Notes: generated by a model from the letters alone, not told the origin. A DNA stretch of 64,000 bases from Spirochaetota bacterium (GCA_965208615.1 CBDBPB010000007.1:415703-479702), one strand, 5' to 3'. Counted from the first letter of the stretch, positions 34,552-44,481 are shown. Made by a program: numbers and translations.

Positions 34552-37311
34552 ATGTCTAATTTAGCTGTAGCACTGAATATAAACGTCGCAGGAAATGCTT
34601 TATCAGCTTTAAAGTCTACTCAAAAGCAAACTAAAGCGTTTAATAACAGCTTGTCGAACACTAAAACTGTTGCTGATAAAGCTTCTTCAAGCATAAACAA
34701 GAACGCTAAAGCACTCAAACGCTCTGCGGATGAAGCAGTTAAAGCTAATAGTAAGTTTAAACAGTTTAGAGGTATGCTAAAGAGTTTTGCTGGGCTAGCA
34801 GTTGTGGGGGCTGGAATATCTATGCTTAAAAATACAGTTAACAGCTTAAAGGAAGTTGAAGTCGCCCAAGCAAGCTTAAGAGCTACTGCTAAGATTGATA
34901 AAACTTCTGAAAGCTATAAGCGATTAGATAACGAAGCTGAAAAGTTAGCTGGAACTACTAATTTTAGCAAAGTGCAAGTGCTTAGCGCTATGGATGCTAT
35001 GGCATCGGAAGGGCAAACAACAGCTCAAATATTAAGCGGTATTGAGGCAGTAACAACAGCTTCAGCAGCGAGCATGGGCAGGGTTGACTTAGTAAGCTCT
35101 GCTCAAAACTTAAGCGGAGCATTAGGGGCATATCAAAAGGATGCAAGCGAGTCTATGAAAATCACGGACATGTTTGCAAGAGCAACACAAGTGACTTCTC
35201 TGAAAATGCACGATCTAAAAAATGTAGCCAGAGATACAAGCCTCGCAGCAGGTATGGGTCAAGATTTCGGAACAATGGCCAGTATGGTAGGTATGATCAA
35301 GAAGATTACGGGTTCAACCGAGATAGCCGGGACTCAAGTCAAGGGTTTTTCTAGGTCAATAGCAAATATAAAAGCCGACCAAAACACTATAAAAGGGTTA
35401 AAAAAATACGGCATTAGCCTTTTTGACTCAAAAGGCAAAGCTAAAGATTTCAAAACTATCGTAAGCGATATTGAGAGCAACCTAAATAAACTAAATAACC
35501 CTTTTAAGAAAGCAGCAATTTTAAAGAAGATTTTTACTGATTCTGAAGCGATGCAAGGCTATAACAATATAGTTAAACTCGGAGCAGGCAACTGGAAGAA
35601 GAATGCAGAGGCTATTAATATCGCAAATGGGGTGGGCAAAAAGTTTGAGGAGGAGTTTTTAAATACTTATGCTGGCAAGATAGAGCTATTGAAAAGCGCC
35701 TGGGACTCCTTTAGCAGGAAGCTTTTAGCCTTTGTATTCCCTATTATCATAGGGATTGCAAAAGCTTTTACTTTGCTCCTCTCTGACACAACAGCTAAGA
35801 CGCCACAATGGATAATAGGGCTAAAAGCCGTTTTCAGCTCTATTTGGGGCGTGATAAAGATAGTAGCAAATAGCATTAAAGATATGTGGAGCAAAGTGTC
35901 AGCCGGAGACAGCGCTGGCAATGTATTCTCATCTATTGCAGAAAAAGTTAAGTTTTTAATAACAATATTAGAGCCTGTCATGCACGTAGCTACTAATGTT
36001 TTAGCAGCAGTTTTGATCGTCCTGAATAAGATAGGAGAAAGTTCTTATGTGCTGGAGATTGTAGCCGGTGGAGTGGTAGTTGTGTGGCTTGCATTCAAAG
36101 GCTACAAAGTTATAAATTCTGCTATTGCAAAAGTAAAAGATTTTATAGTAGTTGTTAAATCAGCAACTTTAAAGACGTGGGCATTCTCAAAAGCGATTGG
36201 CACGAAAATGATGAGCGGGTTAAAAGCTTTTGGAATGGCAATCAAATCAGCAACTTTAAAGGCTTTAGCTTTTTCAAAAAGCGTAGCCATAAGTGCAGCA
36301 AAAGGGCTTAAAGCTTTTGGAAAGTCTATTCTGTCTGCTATACCAAAAGTTTTAGCCTTTTCAGCTACCTTGCTTGCCAGCCCTATAACTTGGATTGTAC
36401 TTGGTGTTATAGCCTTAGGAGCTGCTGTTTATTTTCTCATAAAGCACTGGGATAAGGTAACAGCTTTTTTCAAAAAGCTATGGAGTGGTATTAAAAAGAT
36501 TTTTAAGGTGGCTTGGGATTGGATAAAAGGGCTATTTTTAAAATATACCCCAGCAGGACTAATAATCAAGCATTGGGATAAAATAAGTGCTTTTTTTAGC
36601 AAGTTATGGAATGGCATTAAAAAGGCTTTTAAGGTGGCTTGGGATTGGATTAAAGGCCTATTATTGAAATACACCCCAGCAGGACTAGTAATAAAACATT
36701 GGAGTAAGATAGCGGCCTTCTTTAGACGACTGTGGCAGGGCATAAAAACAATAACAATCATAATTTGGAATGCAATAGTAAGCTTTATAAAAGTTATTCC
36801 AGAAAGGATATTGGGCTTCTTCGCAGGGGTTGGGACTAAAATCGTCAATACCATCTCTAATGGCATAAAAAACGCAGGCAAGGGGATATATAGTGCTGTT
36901 AAAAGCGTGTTCGGCTGGGCAGGCAGGCTGATACCTGGATCAGACGCAAAGGAAGGACCATTCTCAACATTAACTAAATCAGGGCAAGGGTTTATAACTG
37001 CATTTGGCAAAGGTATAGACAGCAAAGCCAATCATCTTAAGTCTGTTACAGCTAAGACTTTTGGAAATGCCATGCCAAACGTTATAACAGCAAAACAAAA
37101 ACTTAAAGTTGGTTTTAACAGTACAAACATGCAAGGTGGCACCCTTCCTCCTCAGTACCAAAAAGAGAAAAATGAAGACAGAAGTATAAATATACATATA
37201 AACTCTATCCAAATTGGAGAAAGGCATTTACAAAAGGGTTCAGAAGAGAGTCAAGCGTTTGAAGAGCAGTTAAAAGACGTGTTTGAGAGAGTCTTGGAAA
37301 GGAGTCTATAA
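34552..37311 (+). CDS. Tail tape measure protein (TP901-type core)
   Basis: Ala-rich helical protein, T.FS..QV..AM core, 42-aa Trp/Phe repeats (HWDK..AFF..LW.GIK), PGSDAKEGPFS.LT.SG motif. Confidence 0.9.
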   Translation: MSNLAVALNINVAGNALSALKSTQKQTKAFNNSLSNTKTVADKASSSINKNAKALKRSADEAVKANSKFKQFRGMLKSFAGLAVVGAGISMLKNTVNSLKEVEVAQASLRATAKIDKTSESYKRLDNEAEKLAGTTNFSKVQVLSAMDAMASEGQTTAQILSGIEAVTTASAASMGRVDLVSSAQNLSGALGAYQKDASESMKITDMFARATQVTSLKMHDLKNVARDTSLAAGMGQDFGTMASMVGMIKKITGSTEIAGTQVKGFSRSIANIKADQNTIKGLKKYGISLFDSKGKAKDFKTIVSDIESNLNKLNNPFKKAAILKKIFTDSEAMQGYNNIVKLGAGNWKKNAEAINIANGVGKKFEEEFLNTYAGKIELLKSAWDSFSRKLLAFVFPIIIGIAKAFTLLLSDTTAKTPQWIIGLKAVFSSIWGVIKIVANSIKDMWSKVSAGDSAGNVFSSIAEKVKFLITILEPVMHVATNVLAAVLIVLNKIGESSYVLEIVAGGVVVVWLAFKGYKVINSAIAKVKDFIVVVKSATLKTWAFSKAIGTKMMSGLKAFGMAIKSATLKALAFSKSVAISAAKGLKAFGKSILSAIPKVLAFSATLLASPITWIVLGVIALGAAVYFLIKHWDKVTAFFKKLWSGIKKIFKVAWDWIKGLFLKYTPAGLIIKHWDKISAFFSKLWNGIKKAFKVAWDWIKGLLLKYTPAGLVIKHWSKIAAFFRRLWQGIKTITIIIWNAIVSFIKVIPERILGFFAGVGTKIVNTISNGIKNAGKGIYSAVKSVFGWAGRLIPGSDAKEGPFSTLTKSGQGFITAFGKGIDSKANHLKSVTAKTFGNAMPNVITAKQKLKVGFNSTNMQGGTLPPQYQKEKNEDRSINIHINSIQIGERHLQKGSEESQAFEEQLKDVFERVLERSL

Positions 37312-38129
37312 TGGGGCAATACTATAAAGAGAATTATACAGAAAGGGTTAAGGTTGACGATGTTGAACTGCCTCCACAATGCCACATTAATATAAGTGGC
37401 GGGGGTAAAGTACTCGTTATACATAACCGCATAAAAGAACAAACAGGCTGGAAGGACAGAACTGTCACTATCACAGGTAGGCTGGAAGGTGAGGATGAGG
37501 ATGATATAAACAGCCAGATTAAAGACATTTTAGAGTTAGGACAAAAACAAGAGGCATTGACCATTATCTCAAGAGAGACGGATTATTACAATCTTAAGAA
37601 GATTGTTTTAGAGGATGACCCTCAAATAACAACTATAGAGGGTTTTGACCTGTCAAGAGAGTTTTTCCTTACAGGTATAGAAGATCAAGAAAAAGAGGAT
37701 AACCTTGCTAAGAAAAAAGAAGAGGACAAAAAAGCCATAACTGATCCAAAAAAGAAAAAGAAAGAAAAGTTATACATAGTCAAACAAGGGGATAGCCTAT
37801 CAAAAATAGCTGCCAAACATTATGGCAGTCATACAAGATGGAGAATTATTTATAATGCCAATCGTGATAAGATAAAAAACCCCAATCTTATTTATCCAGG
37901 ACAGGAGCTAAATACCATGACAGAAAACATGACTGAAGAAAAAGAATATACAGTTAAAAAAGGGGATACTTATACAAAGATAGCAAAAGATCATTATGGT
38001 GAAGTCAGCTATAGAAGACTAATTATGAAGGCTACCAATTATGAACACCTTTCTGAGAGAGACATTATAATAATACCATCCCTTATGGATTATGATGAGC
38101 AAGTTTTTGCTAAAAAGTACGGAGCTTAA
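37311..38129 (+). CDS. Tail tube initiator-like protein with two LysM domains
   Basis: YIVKQGDSLSKIAAKHYG...W..IY.AN...IKNPNLIYPGQEL and YTVKKGDTYTKIA. Confidence 0.82.
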   Translation: MGQYYKENYTERVKVDDVELPPQCHINISGGGKVLVIHNRIKEQTGWKDRTVTITGRLEGEDEDDINSQIKDILELGQKQEALTIISRETDYYNLKKIVLEDDPQITTIEGFDLSREFFLTGIEDQEKEDNLAKKKEEDKKAITDPKKKKKEKLYIVKQGDSLSKIAAKHYGSHTRWRIIYNANRDKIKNPNLIYPGQELNTMTENMTEEKEYTVKKGDTYTKIAKDHYGEVSYRRLIMKATNYEHLSERDIIIIPSLMDYDEQVFAKKYGA

Positions 38130-38131
38130 AG

Positions 38132-39112
38132 ATGCTTGTTGTTAAGATTAACCTTAAGATAAAAGACAAAGAGATCAATCAAGCTATTATAAAAAGCTTT
38201 ACAGTGAGTGACAGCAGAATTGAAAGGCCTTCTAACTTGAACATATCCTTAGCAAAGAAAAGTGATAAGAAAAAAGATGACTTATATAAAGTAAAAGACA
38301 AAATAGAGCTTTCTGTTTGCTATGATAAAAGGTATCCCCTTAAAAAGATTTTTGAGGGACTCGTTAAAAAGGTTAACAAAGAACAACGTGGAGAGATCAT
38401 CCTTGAATGCGAAGACTATAGTTACTTACTAAGCCAAAAGATGATTACTACAACATTTACAGACATGAGCGATGAGGATATAATAAAACGATTAGCCTCT
38501 ACGGTTAACACATCCAACGTTAAGAAGCAACAGAAGTATAAAAAAATATCTTTTACGAATAAGTCTGTTAGGTTTATTATAAAAACCTTAGCTGAAAATG
38601 CTTTAGTAGACTACTTTTTTAAAGGTGACAAGCTTTTTTATGGTAAAAAGTATAGTTTTAATAATCAAAAGGATATATATGAAATTGACTTAAAAGGCAA
38701 GTATATCGTTAATAACAATCTAAAATGGCACGAAGGCGTGCCTGGCTTAAAAGTAATAGTAGTGGGTACTGATGAAAAAGGTAAAAGCCATACAGGCAAG
38801 GCTGGTAAAGGTTCTAACGTGAGGCAGTTTGGGGATTACACAGCCTCAAAAGACCAAGTTCAAGAAGAGGCCGAAAAACGATATAAAGAATTGAGCTTTA
38901 AAGGCTACAGAGGAACTATAAAGCTTTTGGCTGAACCCCTTACAGGACACTCTGAACAAGTTATTTTAACGTTAGATAAAGCTCGTCAGGCATGGATCGA
39001 TAAAGTTACTTATAGCTTTTCTTTGTCAGGCGGCCTTAGACAGGAGTGGTCAATAGGAGAAACAGAAGAAGAAACAGATAAAAGTAAAACTAAAAGAAAG
39101 GTTAAACTATGA
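38132..39112 (+). CDS. Baseplate hub protein (gpD / Mu gp44-like)
   Basis: IFEGLV..V, LECEDYSY.L, GYRGTI; synteny. Confidence 0.72.
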   Translation: MLVVKINLKIKDKEINQAIIKSFTVSDSRIERPSNLNISLAKKSDKKKDDLYKVKDKIELSVCYDKRYPLKKIFEGLVKKVNKEQRGEIILECEDYSYLLSQKMITTTFTDMSDEDIIKRLASTVNTSNVKKQQKYKKISFTNKSVRFIIKTLAENALVDYFFKGDKLFYGKKYSFNNQKDIYEIDLKGKYIVNNNLKWHEGVPGLKVIVVGTDEKGKSHTGKAGKGSNVRQFGDYTASKDQVQEEAEKRYKELSFKGYRGTIKLLAEPLTGHSEQVILTLDKARQAWIDKVTYSFSLSGGLRQEWSIGETEEETDKSKTKRKVKL

Positions 39113-39738
39113 CAGAGACAGGGAATAAAAGCTTTGAACAAATATTTACTGAGTTGGTTAACACCGTTGTCAAACAAAAAGGCGGCAAAAGGGCTTTAGT
39201 TAAAGAAGTTGATGAAGATAAACTTACGTGTACGGTTCATCCTACGGATAAGTCCGCCCCTATTGTGGCAGCAAAGATAACAGCTTTAAATAAAGGAGTT
39301 TATGCTATTCCAAAGGTTGACGCCTTGGTATCCGTTATCCCATTGCACTTAGCCTCTGAACAAGAGAATGATTGGGGTATTATACAGTTCTCTGAGATTG
39401 ATAAATACGTTATTAGCGCTGAAAAGACTATAAGTATAATGGCTAATAAAGAGGGTATATCTATTAAAGCAGAAGAGAAGGATATTAACATTGAGGCTAA
39501 GGATAACATTATTATGACCAGCGAAAAGATTAAAATAGGCTCTGCTGATGCTGGAGAGGACTTACTTTATGCCGATCCTGTGATTCAGTTACTTAAAGAT
39601 ATTATTAGTCATATTGATAGTCATGTTCATGTTTATCCAATTCCACAAACACCTGGAACATCAACGAATAAGCCTAAGTCTAGCTCTATAAGTATAACCG
39701 ATAGTAATCTTAAACCCGAGTATATAAAAATTAAATAA
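39109..39738 (+). CDS. Baseplate spike protein (gpV / Mu gp45-like)
   Basis: N-terminal OB-fold (V.EVDE....C.V, IPKV...V.V) and C-terminal HIDSHVH metal-binding tip. Confidence 0.72.
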   Translation: MTETGNKSFEQIFTELVNTVVKQKGGKRALVKEVDEDKLTCTVHPTDKSAPIVAAKITALNKGVYAIPKVDALVSVIPLHLASEQENDWGIIQFSEIDKYVISAEKTISIMANKEGISIKAEEKDINIEAKDNIIMTSEKIKIGSADAGEDLLYADPVIQLLKDIISHIDSHVHVYPIPQTPGTSTNKPKSSSISITDSNLKPEYIKIK

Positions 39739-39750
39739 GATGAGGTTAAC

Positions 39751-40122
39751 ATGCAATTTAAAATAGGGAATTATAAAGTTGATATATCATTTAACACTAT
39801 AGCTGACAATTTAGATGATGACATTCTATGCTATACTGAGGCTGACAAATATAATGGCAAGATACCAGGAGACTGGAACTTAGCAAACGATTGGCAGACT
39901 GCTGATGGCAAAAAGGCTCTAGAACAAGACCTAATAGAGGGTTTTAAACTTAAGCGTTTCGATGACATTATTGACATCCAAGAGGGTAATGATATTTGGA
40001 AGTTTAAGAATAGGGCTTATACTAATGAGGCTAAAATCGAACTCAAACAGGCTGTAGAAAGGTGGCTTAGTATGGATGATAGAATTGATATAAATACTTT
40101 GGAGGTTAAAATACATGAGTGA
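39751..40122 (+). CDS. Baseplate wedge protein (gp46/gpW-like)
   Basis: DG..AL.QDL, L..DDRI motif; precedes baseplate J. Confidence 0.62.
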   Translation: MQFKIGNYKVDISFNTIADNLDDDILCYTEADKYNGKIPGDWNLANDWQTADGKKALEQDLIEGFKLKRFDDIIDIQEGNDIWKFKNRAYTNEAKIELKQAVERWLSMDDRIDINTLEVKIHE

Positions 40123-41344
40123 TGCTGTAAAAAATATAGTTGATTACATTAATGAAAAAGGTTTGTCAAAAAGCGATTATAACGAATTAATAGATAACCT
40201 TATTGAGAAGGACCCCGAGTTTACCGACTTACTTGATCTGCTTATTGATAAAGCCTCAACAAGAGTGCCTGAACTTGCCAACTTAAGACCTCAAGCTAAG
40301 ATTATGAGAGTCTTAAAGATAATCGCTCTTATGCAGTATGAGGTTGTGGATAAGGGTATTGAAGAGCTTAAAAAACAGATGTTCGTCCAGACCGCTGAGG
40401 CCGAGTGGCTTGACTTGCACGGCGAAGGGAATAATATTGAAAGAAAAATAATGATTAAAGCTACAGGCACAGTGTTTGTTGGTAGCAAAACAAAGCCAGA
40501 CACTGTATACACCTTGCCTGAGTCTTTTATTGTGGGGACTAAAGGCTCTGCTGATCAAGAGAGTCTAAAGTTCAAGGTTTTAAAGAGCGTTACCATAGAC
40601 TCCTCCTATAAGGCCAATGACAAAAAAGAATATCTAGAAAAAGTAGAGATAGAGGCGGAGAAAGGTGGTGAACGATATAACGTACTCGAAAACAGCATAA
40701 CTGAAATATTTACTAAACATAATTATTTCGATCTTGTTAAACAATTAACACCAACCAGCGGAGGTGTAGACAGAGAAAGAGATGACGACTTTAGACAAAG
40801 AATTATAACTAAAGCCTCGGGCAAACTTGAAGGCAGTATTGGATGGTTTAAAAGCCAAGCTGAAAAATTCGGAGGTGTTAAAAATGCACATATAGTGCCT
40901 AAAATATATGGCGTAGGCACTGTAGGCATTGCTATTAAAGGCGTAAAAGATTTTGTCAGTCCAGTTCTTATTAACGAAATTCAAGCTTATTTTGATAGCG
41001 ACGAGGCCAGACCGATCGCCAACTGGAAAGCTTTTGTATTTCCAGTCAATAAAAGTTACATCACCATAGATATTACTGTTTATCATAGAGCTGAAAACAC
41101 TATCGATAAAAAGATTATACATGACGCTATACAAAGTTATTTTAAGGACCTTGATGTTGGAGAAAGCTTTATAAAAGAGAAACTAGAAGGATACATCATA
41201 AGAATAAAAAACGTTGTTAACCTTAAAACCAACTCTATAAAACATGATAACAAGGAGATAAAAGTAGTAAAAGTCAAGCCAGGGATAGTTTTTGCATATG
41301 ACGAAAGCGACTCAAGAATTACATTTAAGGAAACAGATTTATGA
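40115..41344 (+). CDS. Baseplate J / Mu gp47 family protein
   Basis: FVQTAE.EWLDLHG....ER, A.G.V, GG.D.E.DD.FRQRI, G.GTV.I. Confidence 0.9.
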   Translation: MSDAVKNIVDYINEKGLSKSDYNELIDNLIEKDPEFTDLLDLLIDKASTRVPELANLRPQAKIMRVLKIIALMQYEVVDKGIEELKKQMFVQTAEAEWLDLHGEGNNIERKIMIKATGTVFVGSKTKPDTVYTLPESFIVGTKGSADQESLKFKVLKSVTIDSSYKANDKKEYLEKVEIEAEKGGERYNVLENSITEIFTKHNYFDLVKQLTPTSGGVDRERDDDFRQRIITKASGKLEGSIGWFKSQAEKFGGVKNAHIVPKIYGVGTVGIAIKGVKDFVSPVLINEIQAYFDSDEARPIANWKAFVFPVNKSYITIDITVYHRAENTIDKKIIHDAIQSYFKDLDVGESFIKEKLEGYIIRIKNVVNLKTNSIKHDNKEIKVVKVKPGIVFAYDESDSRITFKETDL

Positions 41345-42159
41345 GCATAGATATTAATTTTGACAAAGACATTTGGAGTAATTGCCCCTCTACTATAACC
41401 AGCCTTACTAACAAATCAAATATTTATAATTTCCATAAGGCTGTGTTTGACAGTCTAATTAAAGATCGCTCGCTAAAAGATATAAAGGAACTTGCTAAAC
41501 AGCCATTTTTGGTTAGTACTGAAGGTAAGTTTTTAGACCTTATAGGAGAGCTACACGGACTAAAACGTCGAATCGGAGAGTCTGACGAAAGCTTTAAAAC
41601 GAGAATAAAAATACTAAAAACGATAAAAGCTACAGACCCACCCCTCCAAGGGATACAAAGAAAAACTATTAAAAAACTTTTAAAGTTTTATGATATAAAC
41701 TTAAATATAGATTCAATTGATGATGAACACGATCTTGCTATTAGAATTCTTAAAAGCGAGGGCGAAAATAGTAATGAAGACAAAAGCGAAAAACTTAGTT
41801 TTATCACAAGTCCTAAAGGGACCTGGTCCAGAGCTTATATACGCTTCTTCAATAAGCCTGGTATAAATATAGACCTTATTAAAAGAGTCCTTGATGATAT
41901 TGTTGAGCCTTATCAAGGTGTTTATCTCATGCCTTATACAGGTAAAGAGGCTATCAAAAAGATATTGGACCACTATAAACTTGACTACGACCAATTAGAA
42001 CGTGAACGGAATAAAGAAACTAAAAAGGTTCACATGAATATAAAACTTAAATCTAAACCCAATGAGACTACTAATAAGGGACTTAAGTCTATAGAACACC
42101 TTAAATCTTTATTAGAAGAGAGAGCATTTGGGTATGAATATAAAATAACTATTAACTAA
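41341..42159 (+). CDS. Baseplate wedge protein (gpI / Mu gp48-like)
   Basis: STEGKFLDLIGELHGLKRRIGESDESFKTRI. Confidence 0.7.
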   Translation: MSIDINFDKDIWSNCPSTITSLTNKSNIYNFHKAVFDSLIKDRSLKDIKELAKQPFLVSTEGKFLDLIGELHGLKRRIGESDESFKTRIKILKTIKATDPPLQGIQRKTIKKLLKFYDINLNIDSIDDEHDLAIRILKSEGENSNEDKSEKLSFITSPKGTWSRAYIRFFNKPGINIDLIKRVLDDIVEPYQGVYLMPYTGKEAIKKILDHYKLDYDQLERERNKETKKVHMNIKLKSKPNETTNKGLKSIEHLKSLLEERAFGYEYKITIN

Positions 42160-42172
42160 CAAGGAGACAAAA

Positions 42173-43807
42173 ATGGGAGAAACAAAAATGGGATATCTAA
42201 AACTTGATGAGCTGGACAAGCCTATAAAGTTTTTCGACACCGACTGGACTAACACTATGGATGAGCTTAGCGGTCGTATCAAAAGAAATATAGAAAAATA
42301 TATGACCGATGGCTTTTGCACTCCCCTTGGGGATAACGAGGGCAAAATAATAAGTAGTGATCAGCCGAATATGATCAAAATAAGCAAATGTCCAAATGGA
42401 TTCTATCACAATGGTAACTACGCTGACTTAAAAGAAGATAAAGAGTTCAGCATAGACGGCAAAAGTGATGGGGATTATTACGTATACCTAAAAGCTGTTG
42501 AAGACATAGAGACTCTTATAATACCAGAAGACCCTCTTACTAAGGATCATGAGTATAGCAGTTTTAAGCCTGAGATACATTTTGTTAAGGCTCTTAATAA
42601 TCACGAGCATAAAAGTGAATATGGCGTTTTATGCGGGAAGATAATCATAAAAGCCATATCAGACGGGACTTATATAAGAATAGAAATCAACAGACAAAAG
42701 TCAACCCTAAAGGACAAAACCGTTAACACCCCTCAGATAGCCAATAATGCCATCACAACGGATAAAGTAAAACGGGGTACTGATAATTCATCTTTAACGG
42801 GTGAAGATATTTATTTTAGTAGAACTAAACATGAATACCCTGATGGAAGCACGGATCATAGAACTATATCAAAACAAATGGATTATTTATTAGCGAGAAT
42901 TGATTATATAACTGGTATAAAGTTTGTAGCTGTGGGGAGTAGTGGTTATATTTATACCTCTGAAAATGGTACAGATTGGTCAGGAGGAAATAAAGCAGAT
43001 GGTAAGGAATTAAGGGGAGTTGCCTACGGTAAAATTAACAATAAAGTAATGTTTGTAGCTGTGGGGCGGGATGGTTCTATTTTTACCTCTGAAAATGGTA
43101 CAGATTGGACAGAACGGAAAAAGGGTGGTAAGCACTTAGAAGGAGTTGCTTACGGTAAAATTAACAATAAAGTAATGTTTGTAGCTGTGGGGGATGATGG
43201 TTATATTTTTACCTCTGAAAATGGTACAGATTGGACAGAACGGAAAAAGGGTGGTAAGCACTTAAGGGGAGTTGCCTACGGTAAAATTAACAATAAGAAT
43301 ATGTTTGTAGCTGTGGGGTTTAATGGTTATATTTTTACCTCTGAAAATGGTACAGATTGGACAGGAGGAAATAAAGCGGATAGTAAGAGCTTAGAAGGAG
43401 TTGCTTACGGTAAAATTAACAATAAAGTAATGTTTGTAGCTGTGGGGTGGGATGGTTCTATTTTTACCTCTGAAAATGGTACAGATTGGACAGAACGGAA
43501 AAAGGGTGGTAAGCACTTATGGGGAGTTGCTTACGGTAAAATTAACAATAAAGTAATGTTTGTAGCTGTGGGGGATGATGGTTATATTTTTACCTCTGAA
43601 AATGGTACAGATTGGATAGGAGGAAATAAAGCGGGTGGTGAGTACTTAAGGGGAGTTGCTTACGGTAAAATTAACAATAAAGAAATGTTTGTAGCTGTGG
43701 GAAATGAGGGTTATATTTTTACCTCTGAAAATGGTACAGATTGGACAGAACGGAAAAAGGGTGGTAAGCACTTAAGGGGAGTTGCCTATAAACCTTTTCT
43801 CTTTTAA
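42173..43807 (+). CDS. Tail fibre / receptor-binding protein with a 7-bladed Asp-box-like beta-propeller
   Basis: Last structural gene; fibre motif TVNTPQIANNAITTDKV; seven FVAVGxxGxIxTSENGTDW repeats. Confidence 0.78.
   Translation: MGETKMGYLKLDELDKPIKFFDTDWTNTMDELSGRIKRNIEKYMTDGFCTPLGDNEGKIISSDQPNMIKISKCPNGFYHNGNYADLKEDKEFSIDGKSDGDYYVYLKAVEDIETLIIPEDPLTKDHEYSSFKPEIHFVKALNNHEHKSEYGVLCGKIIIKAISDGTYIRIEINRQKSTLKDKTVNTPQIANNAITTDKVKRGTDNSSLTGEDIYFSRTKHEYPDGSTDHRTISKQMDYLLARIDYITGIKFVAVGSSGYIYTSENGTDWSGGNKADGKELRGVAYGKINNKVMFVAVGRDGSIFTSENGTDWTERKKGGKHLEGVAYGKINNKVMFVAVGDDGYIFTSENGTDWTERKKGGKHLRGVAYGKINNKNMFVAVGFNGYIFTSENGTDWTGGNKADSKSLEGVAYGKINNKVMFVAVGWDGSIFTSENGTDWTERKKGGKHLWGVAYGKINNKVMFVAVGDDGYIFTSENGTDWIGGNKAGGEYLRGVAYGKINNKEMFVAVGNEGYIFTSENGTDWTERKKGGKHLRGVAYKPFLF
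42923..43788 (+). repeat. Seven tandem coding repeats of 126/129 bp
   Basis: Unit starts at 42923, 43052, 43178, 43304, 43433, 43559 and 43688; near-identical DNA. Confidence 0.95.
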
Positions 43808-43879
43808 TGGTATTAAATTTAAATCAAGTTATTTATAGACTCTCTCCAATTCTTTATATATAAAATGCAGGGTTAAAAC

Positions 43880-44128
43880 ATGAACATAGATAGAAGTTTA
43901 CAACAAAAAGATTATTACACACGACAAATTAAAAAAGATTTAATTGTAATACACCATACCGTTAATAATTCAGCTATAGGAACTGTTAATTATTGGAATA
44001 GTGATAATAGAACAATAGGTACTGCTTATGTTATAGATCAACGAGGTATTATTTATGAAACTTTTAATCCTAAATATTGGGCTTATCATACAGGAATAGA
44101 AGCTTTAACAGGGGTCATATGTAGGTGA
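43880..44128 (+). pseudogene. Truncated N-acetylmuramoyl-L-alanine amidase (Amidase_2, N-terminal half)
   Basis: LIVIHHT...AYVIDQRGIIYE...WAYHTG, then stops; lacks the IGIE motif and the C-terminal His/Cys ligands. Confidence 0.7.
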
Positions 44129-44282
44129 AGTTGTCGATGTAAATAATAAGTTCATAGCTGTGGGTTATGATGGCACTATCCTTAGCTCCTCTGACGGCGA
44201 AAAGTGGGAAATACAAAGAGGGGGCAAATATGTACCTGACCTTAAAGCATTAGTTGCTAAGTCCCACATTATAGACTATTAA
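44109..44282 (+). pseudogene. Relic C-terminal propeller blade of another tail fibre
   Basis: Frame without a start codon encodes NNKFIAVGYDGTILSSSDGEKWEIQRGGKYVPDLKALVAKSHIIDY*. Confidence 0.7.
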
Positions 44283-44420
44283 ATATAAAAAGAGGGAATT
44301 ATGTTTGTAAGAATAGGTAATAATAATAACGTTGTTGATTACTAATTAACTGCTAACTGTCAGGTCAAAAACTGTGCCAAGTGACAATTTGTGACAATTG
44401 GTACACTCTTTGACCTAATT

Positions 44421-44475
44421 TTACAAAATTCCCTTAGAACGTTTATTGTTATATTTATTAGAACGTTCGCTAACA
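44421..44475 (-). repeat. Right terminal inverted repeat
   Basis: Reverse complement of 9127-9181 (52/55); ends in CA. Confidence 0.92.
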
Positions 44476-44481
44476 CAGCAC
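44476..44481 (+). repeat. Right target-site duplication CAGCAC
   Basis: Identical to 9121-9126. Confidence 0.88.

Larger units (their letters stand above)
9127..44475. mobile_element. Mu/B3-like transposable prophage with contractile tail, 35,349 bp
   Basis: TG...CA termini, terminal inverted repeats and 6-bp TSD. Carries DDE transposase, AAA ATPase, gemA, repressor/Ner switch, Mu-type terminase, portal, MuF, protease, capsid, sheath, tape measure and baseplate genes. Confidence 0.95.

Noticed and set aside
36445-36745. 126-bp repeats in the tape measure gene
   Set aside because: Ordinary Trp/Phe-periodic tape measure repeats.
42923-43788. Tail-fibre repeats as a DGR template/variable pair or a CRISPR array
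   Set aside because: No reverse transcriptase or cas genes in the window, differences are not evidently adenine-specific, and the units are in-frame coding repeats without unique spacers.
8803-44477. Alternative prophage boundary using TGTG at 8803 and CACA at 44477
   Set aside because: No target duplication flanks it. The 9127/44475 pair has higher identity and a clean 6-bp TSD.
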